64,000 bases of DNA from Felis catus (taxonomy: Eukaryota): the NCBI RefSeq assembly GCF_018350175.1, contig NC_058368.1, positions 47,804,001-47,868,000 on the forward strand, given 5' to 3'. Below, one piece after another: positions 24,571-38,219 of the stretch; within the stretch, counting starts at the first letter, position 1, and each line of letters opens with the position of its first letter. The position numbers and the translations under genes were made by a program. The notes below the pieces were generated by a model, which was not told the DNA's origin, did not search any database, and saw only the letters and a program-made list of their open reading frames with translations.

Positions 24571-25879
24571 TATTACTGGGACTTCTTCCACAGCTTTGAA
24601 GGAAAGTTGTTTTATCCCTAAAAAACTTCACAGCTATCTTTATGTTTTCCTCACATATCACAGCTCCAAACTTGCCCCTCTTGTCTCTTGCACCTCCTGA
24701 ATAAGTGACCTCCATTTGGGCATGCTAATGGGCAGTTTGCAAGTAGTGGAGTGCATTTCTGATTTTAATTCTCTTGGCTGCTGTGAATAGTTTTTCTCTG
24801 GTTGTTAGTAATTAAAACAAACAAGCAGAAAGACTCATATTATTCTAGCTCATTGCCAAATTGGATATTGCTCAACTCAAAATTAAATGTACACACACCC
24901 ATAAAACTAGCCAAACTGGCTATTACAATTACATAAAGATCCTTGTGTCCATTAGCAATGTTGCCTTTCAAGGGTTTATCCTGTTTGGCATATACATCAA
25001 AGTAGCAGTCATAAAGACTTCTACAAAAATTTGGAGCATGTAGATGTGGAAAAAATTTTCAGATTTTTTTTTTTTAAAAGATTTTGTTTCCAGCTAAACT
25101 GCAAGGCATAGAGTAAAGAAGTTCAGTGTTTTGTCAAAACTTGGTTCTTTATAACCAACTGTCACAGTCGCCCCAAAAAGGGCAGATATGATTCAGATGT
25201 ATTCTGCATCTTGGGAATTAGTGTCAGAATACCAGCCCTGATCTCTTTAGTGAATGATTCATTCGCTAACGTGATTAACAATTCTGAGAGCCAGTGATGT
25301 TGGCCACTAATGTCAGATGTTTAGAAGCTGCCTAGTTTATGTTCGTTTGTACTTGGCAGGGAGAAGGGGTCCTGAATCTGCTGTTCTGTATTTTTAATGT
25401 TTTCATTTGAACCAGGAGAATGAGCTTCTTAGGAGTTCTACAGCTGTCCTTTCTCCTCCTCCTCCTACTCTTCCTCCTCCTCCTTCTTTTTTTTTTTTGA
25501 AATGGGTAGTACCTATCCAGGAGAAAAACAAAACAATAACAATTCAGGAGAATTAAGAGTAGAAGAGTGTCAGAGCCTCATCAAGAAAACCTTGCAGATT
25601 AAATTCCTAGAGGTTTGATGACTGTGTTGAGTAAAAAATATTCAGCTTCGATTCATTGTTTGACTCAAAGGCCTGGCTCTGTACCTTTTGGAATATAAGG
25701 AATTCAGAAAAGTTGGGGCATATGGTCAGATTGGGATTACTGTTATGTGATTATGTGTTTACATGTTTATCTCTAAGGGTTGACCATAAGCACCTCCAAG
25801 TTAGAAACTTATTTATCTTTCTTTCCCATTGTCTGACCTGGGAAGTTGTGTAGTTTAATAACAAGAATGATTATGAGGA

Positions 25880-26090
25880 TGCTGGTAATGGCGAACATTC
25901 CTCAGCTCACTGTATGTCAGACACTGTGGTCCTTTGCATACTTGCCTTATTTAATGCTTACAACAACATATTCTGTCCATATTTCGTGAAGAAATTAAGG
26001 CTGAGAGGTGTTCATACATTTGTCCACAGCCACAGAGCTAGTAAAGTGATGAGCCTGGGATGTGAAACCATTTCTGTTCTTTGTCCTAAC
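25880..26090 (-). mobile_element. MIR
   Basis: gaagaaattaaggctgagagg..cacagagctagtaaagtgatgagcctggga. Confidence 0.65.
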
Positions 26091-27772
26091 AAGATGTTTA
26101 TCTCTACACATTACGGTTTGTTGCCTGAGACTGTAGTTAACCAAAGACCCCCCCCTTCTCAACCTGGCCTCCCGATTCCATCAAGAACTAAAATGTGACC
26201 AATGGAATCAGACGATACTAATGTCCTGGAACTAATCACGGTTTCACCAACCAGGAAGAGAAGAGAAAACTTCAGTGTGGGTAACAAGAGATGGCGGGAT
26301 TACCTGTGTCGGGGATTAGCTCCAAACGTGAGGACAGTGGATTTGAGAAAAAGGCGAGAGTAAAGAAACGTGCCCCCAAAGAGAAACCGAGTAGGAATTT
26401 CTTTTAAAGGGAAGGTAGATTTTCATTCTGGGAAGTTTCCAAAGTGTTGCTTTTAAGCCACCATCTTGTTCAGGTTCCTGCTGGTATGCATGGGGCCGGA
26501 GACAAGAAAGCAAGTGGAAAGGTTTGAGCATGCCTCTGTACGCTGTCCTCCTCACCCGCTCCCGGTAATATGTGCTTTGGAAGCAAATGGGTGGAAAGTT
26601 TTCCCCACTTTGGCTTCTCTTACTTTGGTACGTGGGCGTAGGTTTGTGTGCCCGGCTCTTCCATGAGGAGTTCAGGTTGCTTTACCTGCTACGGAGTCTT
26701 AACAGGGTGAGACATGTGCCTATGGTTGCAGGCCTGTCCCAGGAAAACTTGTCATACCGGATATGGAAATCGGTGGAGCAAAGTGGGAGGCCGGGTTGTC
26801 TTATTTTCATAAGACACTTGGGTTGCTCTCCCCTGGCTCAGCCAGAGCAGGGCATCATGGAGCAAGTGGGGCCAAGAAGAAATCATTTGCATGTGACACT
26901 CAACCTGGCAGTTCTAGATATTTTAGCCAAGGGTGCCACTTGCACAGACAATAGGCGTGATGTCCCCATCAGAAAACAAAGGGGAAAAAAGATCACAGGC
27001 TTTTCTAGCCCTTATTATCTCTCCTTGCTCTGGATCTCACAGTCCTGATGGCTCTCAAGTTTTTTTTTTCAAACTGATCCTTTTCAGATTTCCTTCTTTG
27101 GTCCTTGATTCTCTGTCAGGACTGTCCTCTGGCTTCTATTTGACCAGGGGGTTTGCAGAACTGATTTAAGCCTCAGTCCTAGCGTGCTGCAGACCTGCTA
27201 GAGGAAAAGGTAGCCTGGTTTCATAAAGCCAGCATCAGCAGCCACTGATGGAAGGTGTTCTTCTCTTAATGTGATTACATAAAAATTAATGATGGGTAAA
27301 CATCAATGTTAAGAGATTTAATTTGGATAAAGCTTATAAAGCTTGCCTGCTTAATTGGAGTTTATCTGATCCTTACTGTTTTATTTTTTTTCTCTTTGTT
27401 CTGCAAATTTTCCAAAAACCCGGCACCAGTGTGATACTCTCCCTGCTTCCTTCTGTTGAGCAGATAGGGACTTTGTGAGCCCTGACATTCTTCTGGTACT
27501 TTGTGAACTTCCACGTCAGGGGAAGGGTACAGAGGCTGGCAGATATAAAACAGGGAGATGCTAGCAGGGCTGATGAAAAACCCCTCCCCCGAAGGGTTCC
27601 AGAGAGAAGCAGGAGCACATTGGAGGAAGTCAGATATTTCCCCCATCTTGGTTTACTCTTTCCTTGCAGGTAGCTGTGGATCTGTGAGAGCTGCTCGCTT
27701 TTAAGAGCTCCTACCCAGAGGACAAAGAGTGTTGTCTGGGGCCAGTCTCCTCCTCCAGCTCTCAGGTCTGTT

Positions 27773-27786
27773 TCTCTTTCTTTCTC

Positions 27787-27864
<78 letters not shown>

Positions 27865-28069
27865 TTTCTAACATTTATTGTTGAGAGAGAGAGAGAGAGA
27901 GAATGTGAGCATGAGCAGGGGAGAGGCAGAGAGAGAAGGGAGACAGAGGATCTGAAGTAGGCTCTGTGCTATCAGCACAGAGCCTGATGTGGGGCTCGAA
28001 TTCACGAACTGTGAGATCATGACCGAGCCAAAGTCATATGCTCAACTGTCTGAGCCACCCAGGCACCCC
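27773..28069 (-). mobile_element. Can-SINE whose tail expanded into (TTTC)n (27773-27868)
   Basis: SINE body; TSD ccagctctcaggtct on both sides. Confidence 0.92.
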
Positions 28070-29909
28070 CAGCTCTCAGGTCTTTCTGAATCCATGTTTA
28101 ATTTCCTGAAACGTACATGGGCCAACTGTAACCCGTATCTAACGGGTAGCCAATTTATATGCATCTTTCTCAAGGAGGATGAGAGAGTCCTTGTTTCCAA
28201 TCTCCGAATGTGATTTTTTCCCCCTACGACAGAACCTAATTCCTCGCATCTCCACATTCACGGGTGGATCCAACCTTCCGTTTGTCATCTCATGCTTCCA
28301 CTTGTACAAAAAGGCCCATCAGGCTGCCGAACCATAAACAGGCAGAGGAAATGGGACTTTTTGAGGAAAGGAAATGGTTTGGTGCAAGTGCTTAATTTTT
28401 TGCTTTTTAACTGCAGCGAATACTTTTTAAAGACTATTTGTCCTATTGGGACTATTGGAAGAAGGGTTACATTCGTTTTATAGTCTCTGCTAGTTGGGTA
28501 CTTATTTTATCCAAAAAAAGGAAGAAAGACAATTCCATGTGCCAGGAATCCATCTGCTGTTAAATTTCGCGAGAACTAGAACGCACTGAAAAATACGGCC
28601 AGACACTTTGTTCATGTTTTCTCCACCTTTGGACTGATACCAGTCATAAAACTCCCATCTTGTAGAGACAATCTGTTAAAATAAGTTACTAAGAAACCCA
28701 AACAGGTGTAAAGGTCATTCTTAGTGTGAGTGGGCTTTCTTTTTGCTGTGGTTACAGCCAAACCCAAAGTCACTTCGAGATGGGGTTTTATAGATGATGT
28801 TTTAAGCTGTAAACCACATTATATGATTGGAGAACCGCACCCAGCACGGTCAGTTTTCCTGTTCCGGAACTCTCGGTGCGACTCAGTGAATAATTCATGT
28901 TCATTCCTCATGTTCTCACTTTGTTCAGACCTGGAGCTTATGAGCAGGTTACTCCACTGCATTTTAAACATGTCATGTCTCCCAAGGTGTATTTTAAAAA
29001 ATACATGGACAACGAAAAGGAAGCAAAATGTGTCCTCAGTATGAGGGACAAAGGATGTTGTTAACAAATGGGAAAGCATTCTATATCTAGACAGCCTGAG
29101 GAAAATTGATCAAATATGGGAAGGGCATATAGATTTGAGGGCAAAAGCAAATGCATTTGAAGGGAAGAGACTACTCTTCTCTGCATTTCCTGAGCACCTA
29201 TTAGAAAACAGGCATTTTGTTAAGCGTTTCAGGCACATTATCTCATTAAATCCTAGATAAGCTTTGTGGAATAGCGAGAGCCTGGGTGAAGAAAGGCGAA
29301 TAACTTGCTCAAGTGCTCATCGCCAGGAATTAGCTGATGTACCAGTGGAGCCCAGGGTGGTTTACCTCCTGCCCGAGGCCGTCTCTACATGGAGTCCCTG
29401 TGGTGGTCACCCATGTGTCTGCTCTCATGGGTTGTAACATCGAAAAGGCAGAAGAATAGAAATGTCTTTTGGGCTTGGGCCTGGCTTTTCAATGATAAGA
29501 TAATGAATGGCTGGCAATAATGGTGAAAATGTATATGCTTACCAAACTGAAGAGCTTCTATGCTCATCTGGATAGAAAGGAAATAATGTGTGATGTATAG
29601 ACTTATCTTGCTTTTCTCTAAGGGGGAGCAATGGTGAGTCATTACTTCTAATAAAGTCAAAGCAGATCTTTTTTTTTCTTTTTTGCAGAAAAATCTATTG
29701 TTTTTTTTACAACCCACTCCTACCTCTAAATGAATCTGTTAAATTGTCTACATTTTAAGTGAAACTGTTCAAATTCCTTTACCCACCTAGAGGCAGGACT
29801 GTTTCTTTTCTCCTTCAGTCTTGCCTAAGGAAAAAGAACTCTTTCAGAACCTGGTATCTGAAGTTGCCTTCGCTGACTTTGGGAGATTTCTAGACCAATG
29901 CTCTTTTTT

Positions 29910-30595
29910 ATTTTTATTTTTATTTAACTCAAAGTTAGTTAACGTAGTATAATAATGATTTCAGGAATAGAATTGAGTGATTCATCACTTACATATACCA
30001 GCCAGTACTCATCCCTTCAAGTGTCCTCCTTAATGCCCACTGCCCATCTAGCCCATCCCTCCACCCAACACCCTGCCAACAACCCTCAGTTTTTTTCTCT
30101 GTCTTTAAGAGTCTCTCTCAGGGGCGCCTGGGTGGCGCAGTGGTTAAGCGTCTGACTTCAGCCAGGTCACGATCTCGCGGTCCGTGAGTTCGAGCCCCGC
30201 GTCGGGCTCTGGGCTGATGGCTCAGAGCCTGGAGCCTGTTTCCGATTCTGTGTCTCCCTCTCTCTCTGCCCCTCCCCCGTTCATGCTCTGTCTCTCTCTG
30301 TCCCAAAAATAAATAAACGTTAAAAAAAAAATTAAAAAAAAAAATGAGTCTCTCTCTCTTTTTTTTTGTGTTTAATAGTCTCTATGGTTTGTCTCCCTCT
30401 CTGTTTTTATCTTATTTTTGCTGCCCTTCCCCTATGTTCATCTGTTTTATATCTTAAATTCCACATGAGTGAAATCATATGATATTTGTCTTTCTCTGAC
30501 TGACTTATTTTGCTTAGTATAATGCACTCTAGTTCCATCCACATTGTTGCAAATGGCAAGCTTTCATTCTTTTCTATCTCTGAGTAGTATTCCAT

Positions 30596-30661
<66 letters not shown>

Positions 30662-30707
30662 ATATCTACCATACCTTCTTTATCCATTCATCAGTTGATG
30701 AACATTT
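29910..30707 (-). mobile_element. 5'-truncated carnivore L1 3' end, containing a young SINE and (GT)n(AT)n
   Basis: L1 motif MEYYSEIEKNESLPFATMWMELE (30407-30595 -); 19-bp TSD tagaccaatgctctttttt at 29891-29909 and 30708-30726. Confidence 0.94.
30121..30344 (+). mobile_element. Young SINEC_Fc-type Can-SINE nested in the L1
   Basis: Consensus-like body; TSD gagtctctctc at 30109-30119 and 30346-30356. Confidence 0.95.
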
Positions 30708-31472
30708 TAGACCAATGCTCTTTTTTCCCCAAAGATAACACATTTATAGCAATAATTATTTTTTATCACAATAATTATTCTGAAATGTAGTATCACTTTC
30801 CTCCATTCATCTGTGCTAGAGGATCGTGTGACTTTCAGTCAAATAGGATTAAGAAAAAGTGTCCATATTCTTCCTAGTTAGGAATTGGACCTCAAGGAAC
30901 TTATAATTTAGTGGGGGAGTCACAAATAACGGTAACACTTTAGTTACCAAGGGAGGGACAGAGTAGCTATGGTAAGAGTATGTTTTGCTTGGGGGTAAGC
31001 TGGAGGGGTGGTTTATCACTGCTGCCTGGAATAGATGAAATAAATGCATGACTCAACATTTGAACAAGATCTTGAGGGAGCGGTTGAATTTGGTTAGGTG
31101 AAAATGAGCAACAAGAAGAAATTGCCATGCAGCAAGTGAAACATGAAAAGACAAAAATACATCATTGGTTATGGACGAGATGACAAAGAATAGAGGGAAA
31201 GATAAAGATATATGTTTGCCATACAATTACTAGACCAGATTCTTGGCTTTCTTCTATAGTTTTCTGTGTAGAGAAGAAAATGAATCCTGGCAAGACCTCT
31301 AGCTGGCTACAGAAAGATATGGGAGGCGGATTTACTTTCTTTATTTTTTCCTATTTTCCACATCTTAATCAATGACAGGCACAAACCTTTCTTAGTGCTA
31401 TTGTTGCAGAGACAGTAAATGGAAGAATAACGTGGCATATAAGGACCAAGTGGTTAAAATAAAGACTGTCTG

Positions 31473-31696
31473 TAGTAGGTTTCTCAATCTCAGTGCTATT
31501 GACATTTTGGGCTAGATGGTTTTTCGTCTTGGAGGATGGGGACTATCCTGTGCAATGCAGCACATCTCTGATTCTATCCATTTGATGCCAGTAGCATCCC
31601 TACCCCCTCCCCCAGTTGCAAAAGTCAAAAGTGTCTTCAGACATTGCCCCATGTCCCCTGGAGGGTGGGGCAAATCATCTCTAGTCGAGACCTATG
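31473..31696. mobile_element. MER20 (hAT-Charlie MITE)
   Basis: ggtttctcaatctcagtgctattgacattttgggctagat...gatgccagtagca...gtcttcagacattgccc matches the recalled MER20 consensus. Confidence 0.85.
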
Positions 31697-32774
31697 CTTT
31701 AAAGTAGATGGAAGACGTAGCAATAGGCATGGTTTTTGTATGCCTGGAAACTTGCCGAGCCAGGGTGAAGGTTTATGACCTGAGTAAAGGCAGCCATAGC
31801 AGGCATGGAGCTTGAGAAAAATAGTGTCTCTGCCCTGAAAGGACCTCAGGGGCAAGAGTGTGTCCTGTTCGTCTTTGAATCCTATCTCTGGGACCTAACA
31901 CAGTTCCTACAACCTAGAAAATGGTCCATAAATGTTGGTCAAATAAATGGGATGCTTGCTTAGAGTCTCAGAGATGAAATCATAGGACAGACAGCTACTT
32001 GTAGCTGTATCTACTTATTGGCTTGTTGTGTTCTGTGAGAGGTCTCTTGAATGTTGCAAAAGTAACCCAGGATACCAGTATGATCACATGCAGCAAACAT
32101 AGGGGAAAAAGAATTGAGCGACAAATGTCACAAGGCCTGTTTTTCAGGTTTATTGGCAGAGACTGTGGGGTTTGGAAGAGAGTATATAGAAGAAGTAGGG
32201 CAAGAGCCCTACCATCTTCCAGTCTCCATTATATTAGAGATTATTTATGGTTGTGAGTTACTCATTTGGCATCTCTTGTCTTTGAATTTTGCATTTTGTC
32301 TTAACCAGGGGTTTTTTTTCTTCCTTCCATGGGAGCAGGTAAGAGTTCCTGAGTCCTGACTTGTGGAACCTCTGAAAGACTGCCTCATGAAAAGGGAAGG
32401 GAGGTGTGGTGGAGAGCCCAGGGATGGCAGATGAGCTCCATGTGGCAAGGACGTGTATGTCCATCCTCCTGCCAGCCAGTAAAGTCTGAAAACAGCCAAC
32501 TCAGGTTTTCTTCTCTCAGGACTCTTGATTTCCCCCTTCATTCACATCTTTCATTTTTGAGTAACATGTTATTTTGTACTTAACATATTCCTTATTATTA
32601 ATGACTGGCAGGTGTGAGAACTTCTAGGGATTCTAGGAAACTTCTCTTTAGAAGACTTTCATGTGAAAAACTTCAGATTGGGCACCTCTAATGCAGGCAG
32701 CTTGCACTGATCTCTGGGGGAGGCCAAGGTAGGATCCTTTTCATCTTTTCCTTGATACTCCATCAATATTGGCA

Positions 32775-33688
32775 CCTTCTGAATCCAGACTCATCTGCTC
32801 AAATGCCTAGTTAGCATCTTCACTTGGGTATCTTGTAGACATCTCAAATGAGTGATTTCCTGTCTCGCCTCCCAACCTGCTCCCGTGTCCTTATCCATCT
32901 CATTCAAAGGCAATCTGACCTTGCAGTGGCCTAGGTCAAAATCCTTGGAGCCATCCTTGACTCTCCTCCTTGTCTCAGGCCCCATCGCCACACTCCAACA
33001 AATTTTGTTGGCTTTACTTTCAAAGTATGTCTAAGATCTGAACATTTCTCACCATCTGCTTTGCTACCATTCTGGTCTCAGCTACCAAAAACTCAGCACA
33101 GTGGCCAGGATGATATGTTGAAGTTGTAAGGTTGATCCTGCCACCTTTTTGCTCAAACCTTTCAATGCTTCCCTATCTCAGAGCTAAAAACAAATTCTTT
33201 ACATGGTTCTACAACTCCACACCCCTTTATCTCTCACAGCTCATCTCCTGCTTCTCTCCTATCACGTGCGCACTGGCTCACCACGTACTTGCTGTTTCTT
33301 AAGTGCATGAAACATGCCTTACCTGTTCCCTCAGCATGGAACCCTCTTCCCCCAGGGATCCATGTGTTTACATTTGGCCCCTTTGAATCTTTGCTCAAAT
33401 ATCACCTTGCAATGAGACTTACCCTGATTATGCTCCTTAAACTACAACCTGTTTTCCAGCCCCTGTCCAATACCTGACTCTTATCCTTCAGTCCTTTTTT
33501 TTTTTTTTTGAAATAGTACTTATCAACTTTTAATATGCCGTATCATTTGTTTATTTGCCACATTTACTTTTTTGTCTCCCATGCTAATATAGAATACTTA
33601 CAAGGGCAAGGACCTTTGTTTATCTCAACACCTTCAACAATGTGTCACACATAGTAAGTGCTCATCAATGTTTTTGGTTGAATAAATA
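32775..33688 (+). mobile_element. L2a 3' fragment
   Basis: catcttcacttgggtatct; ccttggagccatccttgactc; terminal acatagtaagtgctc..ttgaataaat. Confidence 0.85.
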
Positions 33689-34070
33689 TCTCTTTCAAAG
33701 CACATATTAGCTATCTATTTAGTCTTTCTTCCTGCCCAGACTGTGAACTGTTTTGGGGAGAGTGATCAATAGAATAGCTATTGCAGCAGCTAATATGGTT
33801 AATTCTTTTCCTTAAAGGGTGCTTCTCAAATTATGTAAGCTTTAGGCCCCACAAAACCTGGCCAGTCCCTATACCAATCTCATAGGGTTAGTATGGGAAT
33901 TAAAAAGATAATACATACATATAACTTAGAAAGTGCCTGGCATTTTAAGTTTAAAGACTGTTATATTTTCCATGCCTCCCTCCTCCCCCGTCCCCCCATT
34001 AGGATTAGCTCAGTGGCTGGAACAGAGATGGGTGGGAAAGAACCACCTTTGCTAATAAACAAACCAATTT

Positions 34071-34194
34071 GGGGCACCTGGGTGGTTCAGTCAATTGAGC
34101 GTCTGACTTTTGATTTTGACTCAGGTCATGATCCCAGGGTCATGGGATTGAGCTCTGTGTTGGACTCTACACTGAGCATGGAACCTGCTTGGGC

Positions 34195-34252
<58 letters not shown>

Positions 34253-34345
34253 TCTCCCTCCCTCTCTCCCCCTTTCTCCCTCTCTCCCTCTCCCACTCAT
34301 GCTCTCTTTCTCTCTCTCAAATTAAAAAATACAAAAACAAAAACA
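34071..34345 (+). mobile_element. Can-SINE with long (CT)n
   Basis: SINE body. Confidence 0.92.
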
Positions 34346-34439
34346 ATTCAACTGATTGAATATATTTTGATATGATAGTTCAACTATATCCTTAGGTTTT
34401 TACTTCTAAGTGCCAACCTTCTTCCCTTTTTTTAAAACT

Positions 34440-35000
34440 TCTTTTTTTTTTTTTTTTTGAGCAGTTTGAGCTACACAGCCAAATTGGGAGGAAATGAGGG
34501 ATTTCTCATGTACCCCCTACCCCTACATGGATAGCTGCCTCCATTATCAACATCCCTGACAAGAATGGTACATTTGCTACAACTGAGGAACCTACACTGC
34601 ACATTATAATCACTCTAAGTCCCTAGTTTATATTAGGGCTCACTCTCGGTGTCGCATACTCTCTGGGTTTGGACCAGTGTATGTATCCACCATTATATTA
34701 TCACACAGGGTGGATTTCCTGGCCTAAAAATCCTCTGGGCTCCACCTATTCATCCCTCCCTCCAATAACCCCTGGTCACCAATGACATTTTCACTTTCTC
34801 CATAGTTTTGCCTTTTCCAGGATGCCTTATAGTTGGAATCAAACAGTACGTAACCTTTTCAAGGTGGCTTCTTTCACTTAGAAATATGCACTTATGTTTC
34901 CTTCATTTTCTTTTTTGTGGCTTCATAGCTCATTTCTGTCTAGTACTGAATAATATTCCATTGTCTGGATGCACCACAGTTTATTTTTTCATTCACCCCC
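34440..35000 (-). mobile_element. Old L1 3' end (L1MC1-like)
   Basis: ggtacatttgctacaactgaggaacctacactg..tagggctcactct..ggaatcaaacagtacgtaacctttt. Confidence 0.8.
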
Positions 35001-35095
35001 TCCTTCCTTTTCAAAGTTAGGTTTTAATAGGAATTTATCAAAAGATTCACATAAAAGTTAATGTATGATTGCTTACATTTTATTATTACTTTTAA

Positions 35096-35301
35096 CATTT
35101 TTCTAAGTTTGTTTATTTACTTTGAGAGAGACAGACAGTGCGAGTGGGGGAGGGGCAGAAAGAGAGGGAGAGAACCCTAAGCAGGCTCCACGCTGCCAGC
35201 ACAGAGCCTGACATGGGGCTCTAACTCATAAACTGCAAGATCATGACCTGCGCCGAAACCAAGAGTAGGATGCTTAACTGACTGAGCCACCTGGGCACCC
35301 C
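35096..35301 (-). mobile_element. Can-SINE
   Basis: SINE body. Confidence 0.9.
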
Positions 35302-37059
35302 AATTGCTTATATTTTATTATGTACCTATCATGATAGTATTAGATAGTATTAGATAGTATTAGAATGACATGGTATTCCTTGACATTTTTAATCTGTGGA
35401 TAACACTAAAGGACAGAATCATTTATTTTTTTCAGCAGTCCTTAACTTAATGTGGTGCTAAAACATATAGTAGGAGTAAACGTATGATAATGGCAATGAA
35501 ATTAAAATGAGACTTTTAAAAATAGTCCCTTTCTTATTTTGTTATGCCCCTATGTTAACATGATTTGAATTTACGTAAGGTTCTTACCTTCTGTCTTATC
35601 TTTTCTATCATATCGATTTCTTGTACCTGCCATGCTTATATCTAACCCACTAGCTAGATAAATATATTTTAAATATCTGCCTGTGATGGCTCTTCCTATT
35701 GAGAAAGGGAAGCTTTCTGAAAGAAATCTCATAGAAAAAAACGGTTGAGACAGGGTTTAGAAATGACTGTTGAATTGTTTTTACTTTCTTACTTTCCCTT
35801 TACCTCTCAATGCACTATAATCTGGCTTCTGGCTTCACCAATGACTGAAGCTGCTTTTTCAGTGGTTCAGCAGTTAGCTCCTAAGTGACAAATCGCCTTC
35901 CCATGAACTCTCCGTTGGCTTTGGTGTCAGCAACATTCAGTAATGTTGACTCTTTTCTTGCAACAGCGTCTGGACTTGGATTCTGTGGCAAGTTTTGGTC
36001 ACTTCTTCCTTCCTGATTCTTAGTATCCTACATGGGCTCTTCAGTTCCTTTCCACTGAAAAGGACATCTTAACATCTTAGAAGGGTTTGGTGGTGAAAAT
36101 GTTCTGGCAGAAAAATCACTGAAGGGAAGACACCATGATTTTACAAAACGTTTCCAAAGGTAGAAAAGTAAAAGCATTTGAATATGGAGTAATGAGAGAT
36201 AGAAAACCAACTCTAAAATTTTGTATTTATTCTTTGAGACCGAGAATGAACCTAAACTCTTTTAAGAATTTGACCTTATAGCCTAGAGTTTTCTTTTAGT
36301 GTTCTTCCTCATATTTTCTCAGTTATGTGCAGGGAGATTTGAAACAAAGAATACTTCTAAAAAATGTGGGTTTTTGTTGTTGTTGTTGTTATTTTTACTC
36401 TACTTCAAAATATGTGCACCTGTTCTTCTACTATGGGCTGCATCTAGGTCAGTATTTGCCAAATAAAGTTTGTCTGTAATTTAGTAAACATCTAATTCTC
36501 CACTTCAGCGCTCAAGAGGGAGGAAGAGGAGAGAGAAGTTAAAGACAGGGATCTGGACAAGCATTGCCCCACTGAGGAAGGGACTGAGGGAGAACAAGGG
36601 GGGAAGGGCAGTAAATGCTCATCTACATGGAGTGTGGGGACATGAGGGGAAAAGGTGAGAAATCCGGTCCATCACCAGAGTAAAGCTAAATTCCCATGTA
36701 TTTGGAAACTTCTGAAATTGTGTAAAGCAAACAGACCTCAGAATTTTCCTGCATTACACATGTTGTGTAGAAATGACCTCATTCCTTGTAGTATTGTTCT
36801 AGATCACTTAACACTGAGTGATTTAGCATAGACAGAATGTAATTTTTTCTAAAATCCATGCTCCATTGAAGAAAGAATCTTCCTCATCAACCAGTTATTC
36901 AGTGTGCCATGGATTTTCTGATTCACATCTTGGCAAGGGCAAAAAAAAAAATTGTGTATCTTTTTCCACCTATGGGGTTAGCTTCTGTAAGCCTCATTCT
37001 ATGTGAAGGCTGTTCTAACATTCAGAGATACATGGTTTGTTAATGTCATTCCTAATTCT

Positions 37060-37130
37060 TAAAAAATTTTTAATATTTTTTATTTTTGAGGGAGAGAGAG
37101 AGAGAGACAGAGCATGAACTGGAGAGGGAC

Positions 37131-37185
<55 letters not shown>

Positions 37186-37313
37186 ATCCGAAGCAGGCTC
37201 CAAGCTGTGAGCTGTCAGCACAGAGCCCGATGCAGGGCTTTAACTCATGAACCACACGATCATGACCTGAGCCTAAGTGGGACACTTAACCTGCTGAGCC
37301 ACGCAGGTGCCCC
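37060..37313 (-). mobile_element. Can-SINE
   Basis: SINE body with long (GA)n. Confidence 0.92.
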
Positions 37314-37429
37314 GATGTCATTTCTGATTCCTGTTTTGCTATCAAATGGCACCAGATATTCTGCTCATTCTCTTCTTAAATATTAAATGTCACCACTCTC
37401 TTGTCTCCACAAATCTTAGCCCTCTAAAA

Positions 37430-37470
<41 letters not shown>

Positions 37471-38219
37471 CATGCACAAGTTTTAGATCTCCCTATAAAG
37501 CAGGAGAATATCTTCACATCATTTAAATGTTTAGAGTAGAACCGAAAGTAAAACACAGGTTGAAAGTAAAATGCAGAACTGAAAGTAAAATATTTATGAA
37601 GTTGTCTGAAATTTCCTCTGGAGCAAGGCAGTCGTACATACATAAATAGACATCAGAGAAGAAAATGTAAAAATCCCTGACATAAAGTCTTGTTCATACA
37701 TCTACCGTGATGGATGACACCGTGTTAGGTTATGATCTTATATGCAAGAGTTAGTAAAAGAAATGTTTATTGTGAAAAACAGTTGATGTGGAAAGTTGAA
37801 TATTTTATGTACTTATGCTATTAGGACATTATTATCCAAGGTTAACTGCTAGTAACATTAATAAAAGTCAAATATCCATTAAGTTTCAAAAAACCAAATT
37901 CATCAAGAGTCTATTATGCACTGGGAAGTGTTCTCTGTGCTGGCTATAGAGCTGTGAACAAGACAATATAGATCTGTGCCTTCACTGGAGGTGGTTAACA
38001 CAGAGTACTTATTATCTGCCAGGCACTGATTTGACTCTTTTCCATCTATTAACTCTTAACATTTTCAATTAACCCTCTAAGATGCTATTATTATCCCATT
38101 TTGCAGATGAGGAAATCAGGACACAGAGATGTTAAGTATATTGCCCATGGACCATATTGGTAGTTAGTGGTAGAGCCAGTGTGCATACACAACCAGTCTG
38201 TTCTAGAAATGAAAACCTA

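Noticed and set aside
25248..25268. Hairpin tagtgaatgattcattcgcta as a miRNA or snoRNA
   Set aside because: The stem is too short and no box motifs or known family could be recognised.
26572..27048. 158-aa ORF (similarly 6521-6994 and 22486-22965)
   Set aside because: No recognisable domain or splice structure; the length is compatible with chance.
35334..35363. (atagtattag)x3, and aaatgtatttaaacc x2 near 57220-57254, as a CRISPR-like or regulatory array
   Set aside because: These are simple local duplications without a repeat-spacer array, in a eukaryotic context.
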